From a bacterium (lineage in GTDB: Bacteria > Patescibacteriota > Minisyncoccia > UBA6257 > WO2-44-18), in assembly GCA_030698695.1 (NCBI GenBank), contig JAUYMR010000012.1, positions 1-53,595 of the forward strand: DNA of 53,595 nt, given 5' to 3'. This document shows positions 1-8,831 of this stretch, one piece after another. The notes under the pieces were generated by a model, which had not been told where the DNA came from, did no database searches, and saw nothing but the letters and a program-made list of their open reading frames with translations. The translations under genes were made by a program, and so were the position numbers. Position 1 is the first letter of the stretch. The number at the start of each line of letters is the position of its first letter.

Positions 1-149
1 CTCAATAAATTTTTATTCTTAAAAGAATAATCAAGTTTGTTTTCTAATTTGTATAGTTCCACGATATGAAAGTCACTCAGTCAATAAGTTATTAAGTCGC
101 TGTGATGAATGTCAATGACTAGATAGCTTAATGACTCTATATTTATTCA

Positions 150-584
150 TTATTGTTTAGTTTTAGATTCCTCCAACTGTTTAAAAACCGTCCCCAATAC
201 GCCATTGATGAATTTGCCAGAATTTGGACCACCATAGTTTTTGGCTATTTCAATAGCTTCATTAATGGCTACTTTGGGCGGAACTTCATCGGGATTGGCA
301 TATAATAATTCATATAAGCCGATACGCAAAGCATTTCGGTCAATAACGGCAATTTGTTCCAATGGCCATTCGGGAGCGGCTTTGCTGATAATATTGTTAA
401 TTTCATCCAAGTGTTCAATAACGCCCTTAACTAAACGCCAAACAAATTCCGGTTCGTCAATCCCCGGAGCGTATTCATTAAGATTGCGTTCCACGATCTG
501 AGTCAGATCATGCTTCATTTTATAAAAATCCCATTCATATAGGGATTGCAACACTACTGAGCGAGCGAGTTGACGAGTTGCCAT
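150..584 (-). CDS. nusB: Transcription antitermination factor NusB
   Basis: 144-aa ORF. N-terminal [14 protein letters not shown] and C-terminal FINGVLG motifs are typical of NusB. Confidence 0.9.
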   Translation of the reverse strand: MATRQLARSVVLQSLYEWDFYKMKHDLTQIVERNLNEYAPGIDEPEFVWRLVKGVIEHLDEINNIISKAAPEWPLEQIAVIDRNALRIGLYELLYANPDEVPPKVAINEAIEIAKNYGGPNSGKFINGVLGTVFKQLEESKTKQ

Positions 585-636
585 AGTAAGTTAATTGTAC
601 TACATCTTATATCTCACACGCTACACGCCGGCGCTT

Positions 637-792
637 TTATTTATATTTACCGCATTGTGGACAGGCCCTGTGCGGCAACATAGGTCCCTGACAATTGGCG
701 CAGACGGCCAATTTTATTTTTTTAAAAGCCAAATGAGATCGGCGTCGGCCGACTTTTGACTTAGAATGATGTTTTACTGGTACGCCACCCAT
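637..792 (-). CDS. rpmF: 50S ribosomal protein L32
   Basis: Not in the ORF track (51 aa). Hand translation gives MGGVPVKHHSKSKVGRRRSHLAFKKIKLAVCANCQGPMLPHRACPQCGKYK, with the basic N-terminus and CxxC..CxxC zinc ribbon of L32. Confidence 0.85.
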   Translation of the reverse strand: MGGVPVKHHSKSKVGRRRSHLAFKKIKLAVCANCQGPMLPHRACPQCGKYK

Positions 793-838
793 AATACAAG
801 ATTTAAATTCAAAATTGAAAAATATTGAATTTATTTAA

Positions 839-1471
839 TTAAAGTTTATTAGCTATAAGCTTAGGGTAGTTTTTGAGAAAAGTCAATCTATGGATCTTGC
901 TGACGCCATATTTTTTAAGCGACGACAAATGTCGCTTGGTGCCATAACCTTTGTGTTCGTTAAAATTATATTGTGGATATTTTTTATGATAGCGGGCCAT
1001 CATGGCGTCGCGTTTTGTTTTGGCAACTATGGAAGCTAATTTAATCGCATTATATTTTCCATCGCCGCGCACATAGGTGGTAGCTTTTAGGTTATGGGCT
1101 TTAGCTTTTAGGAGAGAAGAATTAAGATATAGACCGCCATCAAGCAAAACTTTTATTTTGGATTTTTTATGCCAGCGTTGATTCATTAATAATTTTTTCA
1201 TAGCTCTGGTTGCCGCTAAATTGGCGGCTTGGGTTATATTTATGCGATCTATAGTTGTTGGATATACACTAGCTGTGGAAAAAACTATATCATCTCGGGA
1301 TTTTATCCAAATCAATAGCTTCTTTCTTTGAGTGGCGGATAGTTTTTTAGAATCTTTAAACGACCCTCTTAATCTATGAGGAATAGCTAGGGCGGAAACC
1401 GTAACTGGGCCGGCTAGGGGCCCGCGTCCGACTTCGTCTATGCCCACCAAAAAGTTATTCATTGTTATCAT
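839..1471 (-). CDS. rnhB: Ribonuclease HII
   Basis: GIDEVGRGPLAGPV catalytic motif and typical RNase HII length. Confidence 0.9.
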   Translation of the reverse strand: MITMNNFLVGIDEVGRGPLAGPVTVSALAIPHRLRGSFKDSKKLSATQRKKLLIWIKSRDDIVFSTASVYPTTIDRINITQAANLAATRAMKKLLMNQRWHKKSKIKVLLDGGLYLNSSLLKAKAHNLKATTYVRGDGKYNAIKLASIVAKTKRDAMMARYHKKYPQYNFNEHKGYGTKRHLSSLKKYGVSKIHRLTFLKNYPKLIANKL

Positions 1472-1563
1472 TATGTCACTTATGATATACTTACGCCTAG
1501 TACTCCTATAAATGGAGTTTTGACAATCCCATAATCCCGCATCAATTCAGGAGATTCAAGGTC

Positions 1564-2388
1564 ATGAACGGAAGGAATTATTTATTCGCTATTTTTCTGG
1601 TTTTTATTTCCGTGGCCGGTGGCTGTTCCGCCGTGCCTAATCGCGACGTGACTTCATCTACATCTTATCGCCAAATTGGCGCATTGCCTCCGCCCGTCAC
1701 TGAGACGGAGTTGGATGCCGTGTTGAACAAAATTTATAATCAAGCTGATTATTTGGCATATATTGAAGTTGAGGTTACTTTAATCGGCGAGAATAAGAAT
1801 CAAAATGAAAAGATTACTCCCTGGCCCTCGGTTCAGCAAATGCATCGGTTGCCATATTTTTCCAACACCGATGTCAAAGCTGTGCCATTGCCATTTCCTA
1901 AAGCGCAGACTCCGGTTGATTCTCAAGACGACGATCAATCGGCGGCGCAAAATCCAAGAATTAGGACAGTTACTCTTTCTGGGTTTCTCTGGTCTAGTGA
2001 CGAGCGGTACTATGTTGTGACTGCTGGTCACATTCGTAATCCTGGCTATGCCATTATGAGAGTCATGGTGTGGTTCAAAGATTACGAGACCGGAGGACCA
2101 TATGAGGCCCGCTTGATCGGTTACCAAGCCGATCGAGATGTGGCGTTGCTACTTATTATAGATCCGGACTTCAAATTTAGCGGCAATGATGCCGTTTTGG
2201 GAGACTCTCAAAATCTTAAAGTTACCGATTTTACTTACGGAAGAATCGCTGATTTTGTTGATGATAAAGATTACGATGTTAATGGTCGGGAAATTAAGTT
2301 GCGTTATATTATGCATGAGGCGAATATTGATTATGGAAATTCAGGGGGGCCATTGATTGATATGGGAGGCAAAGTGATCGGAATGTAA
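1564..2388 (+). CDS. Trypsin-like serine protease, probable lipoprotein, C-terminally short
   Basis: Signal peptide with lipobox (VAGGCSA). Triad motifs TAGH, DVALL and GNSGGP are present, but the ORF stops only 14 aa after the catalytic Ser. Confidence 0.65.
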   Translation: MNGRNYLFAIFLVFISVAGGCSAVPNRDVTSSTSYRQIGALPPPVTETELDAVLNKIYNQADYLAYIEVEVTLIGENKNQNEKITPWPSVQQMHRLPYFSNTDVKAVPLPFPKAQTPVDSQDDDQSAAQNPRIRTVTLSGFLWSSDERYYVVTAGHIRNPGYAIMRVMVWFKDYETGGPYEARLIGYQADRDVALLLIIDPDFKFSGNDAVLGDSQNLKVTDFTYGRIADFVDDKDYDVNGREIKLRYIMHEANIDYGNSGGPLIDMGGKVIGM

Positions 2389-2440
2389 GATTCTGCTTCC
2401 TAAATTGAAAAACGGCACAACTGATTAGAATGTGAATATT

Positions 2441-2471
2441 CCTCCGATGGAAACCATCGGGGGCTTTTTTT
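2441..2471 (+). terminator. Rho-independent terminator after the protease gene
   Basis: cctCCGATGGaaaCCATCGGggg stem followed by a T7 run. Confidence 0.7.
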
Positions 2472-2503
2472 ATCTCAGAAAAAAAACTATAATACATTTA
2501 GCT

Positions 2504-5500
2504 ATGTCTAAATTTATTCACCTACATACCCATTCGCATTATTCTCTTCTTGATGGCTTGGCAAAAATAGACGATCTTATCGCGCGCGCTAAAGAGTTAA
2601 ATATGAATTCCTTGGCCATAACAGACCATGGCAATCTTTACGGCGCGGTAGAGTTTTATAAAAAAGCAACCAAAGCCGGTATCAAGCCTATTTTAGGAGT
2701 TGAGGCCTATGTCGCTCCGGGAGATCATCGTGATAGAACTAATAGCGGCGGAGATAAATATTATCATCTTATATTATTAGCCAAGAATAAGATTGGTTGG
2801 TTAAACCTTATTCAATTGGTTACCAAGTCAAACTTGGAAGGCTTTTATTATAAACCCAGAATTGATAAAGATTTATTAAGACAACATCACGATGGCCTAA
2901 TTGCTCTTTCGGGTTGTTTGTCGGGTGAAGTTTCGCGCGCTTTGATGCATAAAGATTTTAACGAAGCCAAAAAAATAGCTTTGGAATATAGAGATATTTT
3001 TCAACCGGGTAATTTTTTTATTGAGATAGGACATCACCCCGGCATTAAAGAGACTGTCAAAGTCGGCGCCGATTTAATCAAGCTAGCTCGTGAAACCGGC
3101 ATTCCTTTGGTAGGCACTCAAGATATTCATTATGTTAAATCGGAAGATGCCGAGTATCATGATATTTTATTGGCGGTACAGACTGGCAACAAACTGAGTG
3201 ATGGCGATAGATTGACATTAAAAGATGATGATTTCTCCATGTGCTCTACCGAAAAGATGGTGGAGGCGTTTAAAGACGTTCCGGAAGCGGTGGAGAATAC
3301 TAATAAAATTGCCGAACTCTGCAATTTGGAATTGGAACTAAATAAAATAGTTTTGCCGCAGTTTCCTTTGCCGGATGGGGAAAAATCAGCTATGGGGTAT
3401 TTACGAAAATTGGTGGCTGAAAAAATACATCAACGTTTTACTGAAATAATTCCTGAAATTCAGGAAAGACTGGATTACGAATTGGGTGTTATTGATAAAA
3501 TGGGTTTCCCGGATTATTTTTTAATAGTTCAAGATTTTATTAATTGGTCTAAGGAGCGCGGCATCGTTGTTGGTCCGGGTCGTGGTTCCGCGGCTGGCAG
3601 TTTGGTTTCATATATATTGGGTATTACCGATGTTGATCCATTGAAATACGGACTTTTGTTTGAAAGATTTTTAAATCCCGATCGTATTCAATTTCCCGAT
3701 ATTGATGTCGATATTACTGATAAGCGGCGTGATGAAGTTTTTGGATATTTGGTCGAGAAATATGGCCAAGATCGCGTAGCTCACATTATTACTTTCGGCA
3801 CCATGGCGGCGCGGGCCGCTATTCGCGATGTTGGCAGAGCTTTGGGCATAAGTTATGGTTTTTGCGATCAGTTGGCAAAATTAATTCCCTTCAATGCCGA
3901 TATTGCCGCGGCTATGGAAATAGCGGAAGTAGCCGATTTATATAAGAATAATGCTGATGCTAAAAGAATTTTAGATGGAGCTCAACATTTGGAGGGCGTG
4001 GCCAGACACGCCTCAGTTCACGCGTGCGGCACCGTTATTGCCAATGGTCCGTTGACTAATCATTTGCCGCTACAGCGAGCGCCTCAAGATGAGAACATGA
4101 TTATTACTCAATTTGAAATGCATAGTGTTGAAGATCTGGGCTTGTTAAAAATGGACCTTTTGGGATTAAAAAATTTAACCATCATTGAAGATACTATTAA
4201 TTTAGTCAGAGATTATCATGGCGAAAATATAGAGTTGAGCAAAATAAATCCAAGTGATCCCAAGACGTTTGAATTATTGAGGGTTGCCGATACGATAGGC
4301 GTTTTTCAGTTTGAATCCAATGGCATGCGTCGTTATATGAAGGACATCAAGCCGACTGAATTTGAGGATTTAGTTGCTCTGGTCGCTCTCTTTCGTCCCG
4401 GTCCAATGGATCTTATACCTACATATATTCGCCGCAAACATGGTCAAGAGCAAATTAGTTATTTACATCCAAAACTAGAACCGATTTTAAAAACTACTTA
4501 TGGCGTTGGCGTTTATCAGGAACAGATGATGAGAATCGCGCGTGATTTGGCGGGTTTCTCGTTGGCCGAAGCTGACACTTTGCGTAAGGCCATAGGCAAA
4601 AAAATAAAAAGTTTATTAGATCAACAAAAAGAAAAGTTGATTCGGGGCATGACTCAAAATAACATTGACGAAAAAACAGCCACGGCTATTTGGGAATTAT
4701 TCCCGCCGTTCGCGCGTTACGGTTTCAATAGATCGCATGCCGTTTGTTATGCCATGATTGGGTATCAAACAGCTTATTTGAAAGCTCATTATCCGGTAGA
4801 GTTTATGACAAGTTTGCTAAATGCCGATCGTGGCGACACGGATCGCATCGCCTTTGTCATAGATGAATGTAAAAAACATGGCATAGAAGTTTTGGGTCCA
4901 GATATTAACCACAGTTCGGCGGCCTTTATGCCGGAACAAAATAATATCCGCTTTGGTCTGGCGGCTATTAAAAATGTTGGCGATAATATAGTGGAAGCGA
5001 TTATTGATGAAAGGCAAAAAGGAGGTGAGTTTCAGGATCTGGTAGATTTATTAAACAGGGTTCAGCATAAGGATTTAAATAAAAAATCCTTGGAGAGCTT
5101 AATAAAGTCGGGCGCGTTGGATTCTTTGGGCGTGGAAAGAAACGAAGCTCTTAGTAATATAGATGACATTATAAAGTTTGGGAGTTTAGTGAGAAAGGAG
5201 AACAAAAATTCGCAGATGGGACTTTTTGGCGAAGCCGATTTGAAACAATCGCTAAGACTAAAGCCGGCGCCGCCGGCTTCATTGAATGACAAACTTACTT
5301 GGGAAAGAGAATTGCTTGGTCTTTATGTGTCCGATCATCCTCTTAATGTTTATCGCGATAAAATAAAACAATCTGGAGCTAGGGCGATAGATGATCTAAA
5401 CATTACGCCGGCGGCGATGGCTAATAAGCAATTAATTGCCGGAATTATTTCCAGAGTTCAGCGCATAGTTACCAAAACTGGCAAGCCGATGTTATTTGCC

Positions 5501-5668
5501 AAGATAGAGGATCTTACCAATGCCCTGGAAGTAGTGGTTTTTCCCGAAACTCTGGCGAGAAATAATGATGTGTGGCAGGAAAATAAATTGGTTTTGATAT
5601 CGGGCAAGCTTTCGCAAAGAGATAGTGATGTTAAATTGATTTGTGATAAAGTAGAGGAGTTAGTCTAG
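2504..5668 (+). CDS. dnaE: DNA polymerase III alpha subunit
   Basis: PHP N-terminus FIHLHTHSHYSLLDG, then polymerase core and OB fold. Start moved to ATG 2504, because the upstream part of the ORF overlaps a terminator. Confidence 0.95.
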   Translation: MSKFIHLHTHSHYSLLDGLAKIDDLIARAKELNMNSLAITDHGNLYGAVEFYKKATKAGIKPILGVEAYVAPGDHRDRTNSGGDKYYHLILLAKNKIGWLNLIQLVTKSNLEGFYYKPRIDKDLLRQHHDGLIALSGCLSGEVSRALMHKDFNEAKKIALEYRDIFQPGNFFIEIGHHPGIKETVKVGADLIKLARETGIPLVGTQDIHYVKSEDAEYHDILLAVQTGNKLSDGDRLTLKDDDFSMCSTEKMVEAFKDVPEAVENTNKIAELCNLELELNKIVLPQFPLPDGEKSAMGYLRKLVAEKIHQRFTEIIPEIQERLDYELGVIDKMGFPDYFLIVQDFINWSKERGIVVGPGRGSAAGSLVSYILGITDVDPLKYGLLFERFLNPDRIQFPDIDVDITDKRRDEVFGYLVEKYGQDRVAHIITFGTMAARAAIRDVGRALGISYGFCDQLAKLIPFNADIAAAMEIAEVADLYKNNADAKRILDGAQHLEGVARHASVHACGTVIANGPLTNHLPLQRAPQDENMIITQFEMHSVEDLGLLKMDLLGLKNLTIIEDTINLVRDYHGENIELSKINPSDPKTFELLRVADTIGVFQFESNGMRRYMKDIKPTEFEDLVALVALFRPGPMDLIPTYIRRKHGQEQISYLHPKLEPILKTTYGVGVYQEQMMRIARDLAGFSLAEADTLRKAIGKKIKSLLDQQKEKLIRGMTQNNIDEKTATAIWELFPPFARYGFNRSHAVCYAMIGYQTAYLKAHYPVEFMTSLLNADRGDTDRIAFVIDECKKHGIEVLGPDINHSSAAFMPEQNNIRFGLAAIKNVGDNIVEAIIDERQKGGEFQDLVDLLNRVQHKDLNKKSLESLIKSGALDSLGVERNEALSNIDDIIKFGSLVRKENKNSQMGLFGEADLKQSLRLKPAPPASLNDKLTWERELLGLYVSDHPLNVYRDKIKQSGARAIDDLNITPAAMANKQLIAGIISRVQRIVTKTGKPMLFAKIEDLTNALEVVVFPETLARNNDVWQENKLVLISGKLSQRDSDVKLICDKVEELV

Positions 5669-5685
5669 TTGGACCAATAATCTTT

Positions 5686-7410
5686 ATGGCAAAACAAAAT
5701 ATAAATATTGATAATATTCGTCATTCGCTGGCCCATCTTTTGGCGGCCGCGGTTTTGCAACAATTCCCGAAAGCAAAATTGGGCATAGGGCCCGTTATTG
5801 AAAATGGGTTTTATTATGACTTTTTATTACCGCGATCTTTGACGCCGGACGATCTCAAAAGATTTGAGGCCACTATGCGTCAATTTATTAAAGATAGATT
5901 ATCATTCAGTGGCAAAAAAGTTACCGTTGTTCAGGCGAAGAATCAATTTAAGGGCCAGCGGTTTAAATTGGATTTAATAAAAGAATTCTCTAAAGATAAG
6001 AAACCCTTAACTGTTTATAAAACGGGTAATGTGTTTTTGGATCTCTGCCGTGGTGGCCACGTCAAAAATACCAGCGAGATTAATCCCGATGCGTTTAAAT
6101 TGGATAAGATTGCCGGAGCTTATTGGCGAGGCAATGAGAAAAATCCTCAGCTACAAAGAATTTATGGATTAGCTTTTGAAACCAAGAAAGAACTGGATGA
6201 ATATTCGGCGATGATGGAAGAAGCTAAAAAAAGAGATCATAAGAAACTAGGTCAAGAGCTTGATCTGTTCACCTTTTCTGAATTAGTCGGGAGTGGGTTG
6301 CCTTTGTGGACTCCGAAGGGAACTATTATTAGGAATCTTTTGGATGATTTTGTTTGGTTATTGCGCAAAGAAAGGGGGTATCAAAAGGTTGAAATTCCGC
6401 ATATTACTAAAAAGGATTTATATGAAATCAGTGGTCATTGGGCCAAGTTTAATAATGAGCTTTTCAAAATCGTTACTCGCGAGGGACATTTATTTGCCAT
6501 GAAGCCGATGAATTGTCCCCATCATACTCAGATATATAAGCGGCGATTATGGAGTTATCGTGATTTGCCGCAACGCTATGCCAATACTACAATGTGTTAC
6601 CGTGATGAACAGACCGGAGAATTGGCCGGACTGTCCAGGGCTAGGTCTTTTACTCAGGATGATGCCCACGTGTTTTGCCGCCAAGATCAGATTATTGAAG
6701 AGATGGATAAAATCTGGGAGATAATTAAAAAGTTTTATACAGCCGTCGGTTTTGATGATTTGGAAATCAGACTATCATTGCACGATCCTAAACAACTTGA
6801 AAAATATTTAGGCACATCAAAGCTTTGGAAGTTGATGGAGGGCCAGTTGCGTGGCTTAGTCAAAAAGAGGGGAGTTAAAGCGGTAGAAGCAGTGGGTGAA
6901 GCGGCCTTTTATGGACCTAAAATAGATTTTTTAGCCAAAGATTCTTTGAGGCGCGAATGGCAAGTGGCTACGATCCAATTAGATATGAATTTACCTGAAC
7001 GTTTTGATTTAACTTGCGTGAACGAAGGCGGCAAACCTGAAAGAATAGTTATGATTCACGCTGCTATTATGGGATCCATAGAAAGATTTCTCTCTATTGT
7101 GATAGAGCATTATGCCGGAGCGCTTCCATTCTGGCTGGCTCCGGTGCAAGTTAAAATCATACCTATTGCCGATAGACATTTAGATTACGCGCAGGAAGTC
7201 GCCAAAAGTTTAGTTGATTTTCGTGTTGAGATTGCTAATGAAAGCGAAACCGTCGGTAAGAAAATCCGCAACGCCGAATTGCAAAAAATACCCTACTTAT
7301 TAGTGGTGGGGGACGTGGAGCGCGATAACAAAACCATTCGTGCCCGCGAAAGGCAGGGGGGTGATTTAGGAGAAATGTCAGTGGAAGATTTTATAAAAAA
7401 AGTTAAATAA
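5686..7410 (+). CDS. thrS: Threonine--tRNA ligase (no N-terminal TGS domain)
   Basis: Begins at the editing-domain motif RHSLAHLLA. Class II motifs and an anticodon-binding domain follow; 574 aa. Confidence 0.95.
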   Translation: MAKQNINIDNIRHSLAHLLAAAVLQQFPKAKLGIGPVIENGFYYDFLLPRSLTPDDLKRFEATMRQFIKDRLSFSGKKVTVVQAKNQFKGQRFKLDLIKEFSKDKKPLTVYKTGNVFLDLCRGGHVKNTSEINPDAFKLDKIAGAYWRGNEKNPQLQRIYGLAFETKKELDEYSAMMEEAKKRDHKKLGQELDLFTFSELVGSGLPLWTPKGTIIRNLLDDFVWLLRKERGYQKVEIPHITKKDLYEISGHWAKFNNELFKIVTREGHLFAMKPMNCPHHTQIYKRRLWSYRDLPQRYANTTMCYRDEQTGELAGLSRARSFTQDDAHVFCRQDQIIEEMDKIWEIIKKFYTAVGFDDLEIRLSLHDPKQLEKYLGTSKLWKLMEGQLRGLVKKRGVKAVEAVGEAAFYGPKIDFLAKDSLRREWQVATIQLDMNLPERFDLTCVNEGGKPERIVMIHAAIMGSIERFLSIVIEHYAGALPFWLAPVQVKIIPIADRHLDYAQEVAKSLVDFRVEIANESETVGKKIRNAELQKIPYLLVVGDVERDNKTIRARERQGGDLGEMSVEDFIKKVK

Positions 7411-7544
7411 TATTTTCCACGTCGTCTGTCGCATTACTCATGTCGCTGATTTTTTTCGGACTTCCCCATTTGCAATATTGACCATGTTTGATTGCGGGGC
7501 TACGCTTAGAGGGCACCCATAGTACTTTGATAAGGAGACGTGCC

Positions 7545-8708
7545 ATGCGCAGATCAATAGTTCTCATCGTAATGCTTGTGTTTTTCGCGGCCGCACCTAT
7601 TAAGATTTTTGCCGACGATGAATTGACTGCTGAGGAAATTTTTAATCAGTATAAGAATGCCGCTGTTGCTATTGAGGTTATTCTTAAGTTTGATAATGGG
7701 CAATCAGCGGGTATGTATGGCAGTGGATTTTTCATTGATAAGGACGGATATCTTATCACCAATGCTCATGTGGCTCGCTACAATTTACCTATTTACGTCA
7801 GTCCTTTTAGCCTCAAGGTGTTCAATGTTGTCGGTTATGAATATTGGATAGTTCTGCCGGCGAAGGGACGCAAATACAGGGCTGAGGTTGTCGGTTGGGA
7901 CTACAATAAAGATATTGCTCAAATGAAAGTTTTGAATATTGATCCGGCAGATTATGATGCCGTTAAAATCGGCAACTCTGATGACGTTAAAATTGGCGAT
8001 AAGGTTTACGCCATCGGTTCGCCATATGGCCTAAAAAATACTATTACCAGCGGCATCATTAGTTCTCTTCATCGTCACTCTGATAGTAAGCCAACCTTTT
8101 TGTTCATTGAGGATTTTATCCAAACAGACGCGCCGATCAACCCGGGAAATTCTGGCGGACCACTAATTAATGAGTGTGGAGAAGTTATTGGTATCAATAG
8201 CGCCGGCTATGATGCTGACGGACTTGGTTTTACTATTCCTATTAACTTGCTAGATAGAGCCACCCTTTACAACAATCAAGTTGAGCTGGTTTATATTGGT
8301 TTTGATCTGTTGTTAAATAATTTTGAGAGAAGTGGGACCAAAATTCGCCCGGGGTTTAATGATGTAAAAACTCTTAATGAATTAACTGGTATTGAAGATT
8401 TGGATTCTTTGATTACTTTGGCTAGAGTGACTTATGATCAGCATTGGGCGGTTGTTGAGGATTTAGATATTGATCCCAAATCCCCATCAGCTCAAGCCGG
8501 ATTTAAACGAGGAGATTTAATTATTAGTTTCAACGGTTATGAAGTTAAGAGCGGCTACGACGTGAGATTACTGCTATACAAATTGGAAGCCGGCAAAGAA
8601 TTTGAGGTTAAGATTTGGCGAATGATGGGCGGAGGTCTTTATAGAACATTAATTTTACGAGCTACTCCAAGGGAGAGATATTCCAGCAAGGCCCAAAAAT
8701 TATTTTGA
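7545..8708 (+). CDS. HtrA/DegP-family serine protease with PDZ domain
   Basis: AAGGAG SD 8 nt upstream of ATG 7545, then a signal/TM segment. HV..D..GNSGGPL triad and a C-terminal PDZ-like segment (GFKRGDLIISFNG). Confidence 0.85.
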   Translation: MRRSIVLIVMLVFFAAAPIKIFADDELTAEEIFNQYKNAAVAIEVILKFDNGQSAGMYGSGFFIDKDGYLITNAHVARYNLPIYVSPFSLKVFNVVGYEYWIVLPAKGRKYRAEVVGWDYNKDIAQMKVLNIDPADYDAVKIGNSDDVKIGDKVYAIGSPYGLKNTITSGIISSLHRHSDSKPTFLFIEDFIQTDAPINPGNSGGPLINECGEVIGINSAGYDADGLGFTIPINLLDRATLYNNQVELVYIGFDLLLNNFERSGTKIRPGFNDVKTLNELTGIEDLDSLITLARVTYDQHWAVVEDLDIDPKSPSAQAGFKRGDLIISFNGYEVKSGYDVRLLLYKLEAGKEFEVKIWRMMGGGLYRTLILRATPRERYSSKAQKLF

Positions 8709-8718
8709 CATTCTTTTG

Positions 8719-8746
8719 CTCCCGAAAAATATCGGGGGCTTTTTTA
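8719..8746 (+). terminator. Rho-independent terminator
   Basis: CCCGAaaaataTCGGG hairpin followed by a T-run. Confidence 0.55.
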
Positions 8747-8831
8747 TAACGTTCTGGTTGAGTATAATATTAAGTATCAATCGCCGAGTGTTAATGTTTA
8801 TAATTTATGATGCTCGGCGTCTAAAATTTTT

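Noticed and set aside
241-501. Numerous 60-115-aa ORFs antisense to, or out of frame with, long conserved genes (for example 241..501, 1780..2127, 4817..5017, 8798..9061, 26960..27229, 36095..36415, 38496..38729, 50378..50596).
   Set aside because: They lie entirely within confidently identified genes on the opposite strand or in another frame, with low-complexity translations and no start signals.
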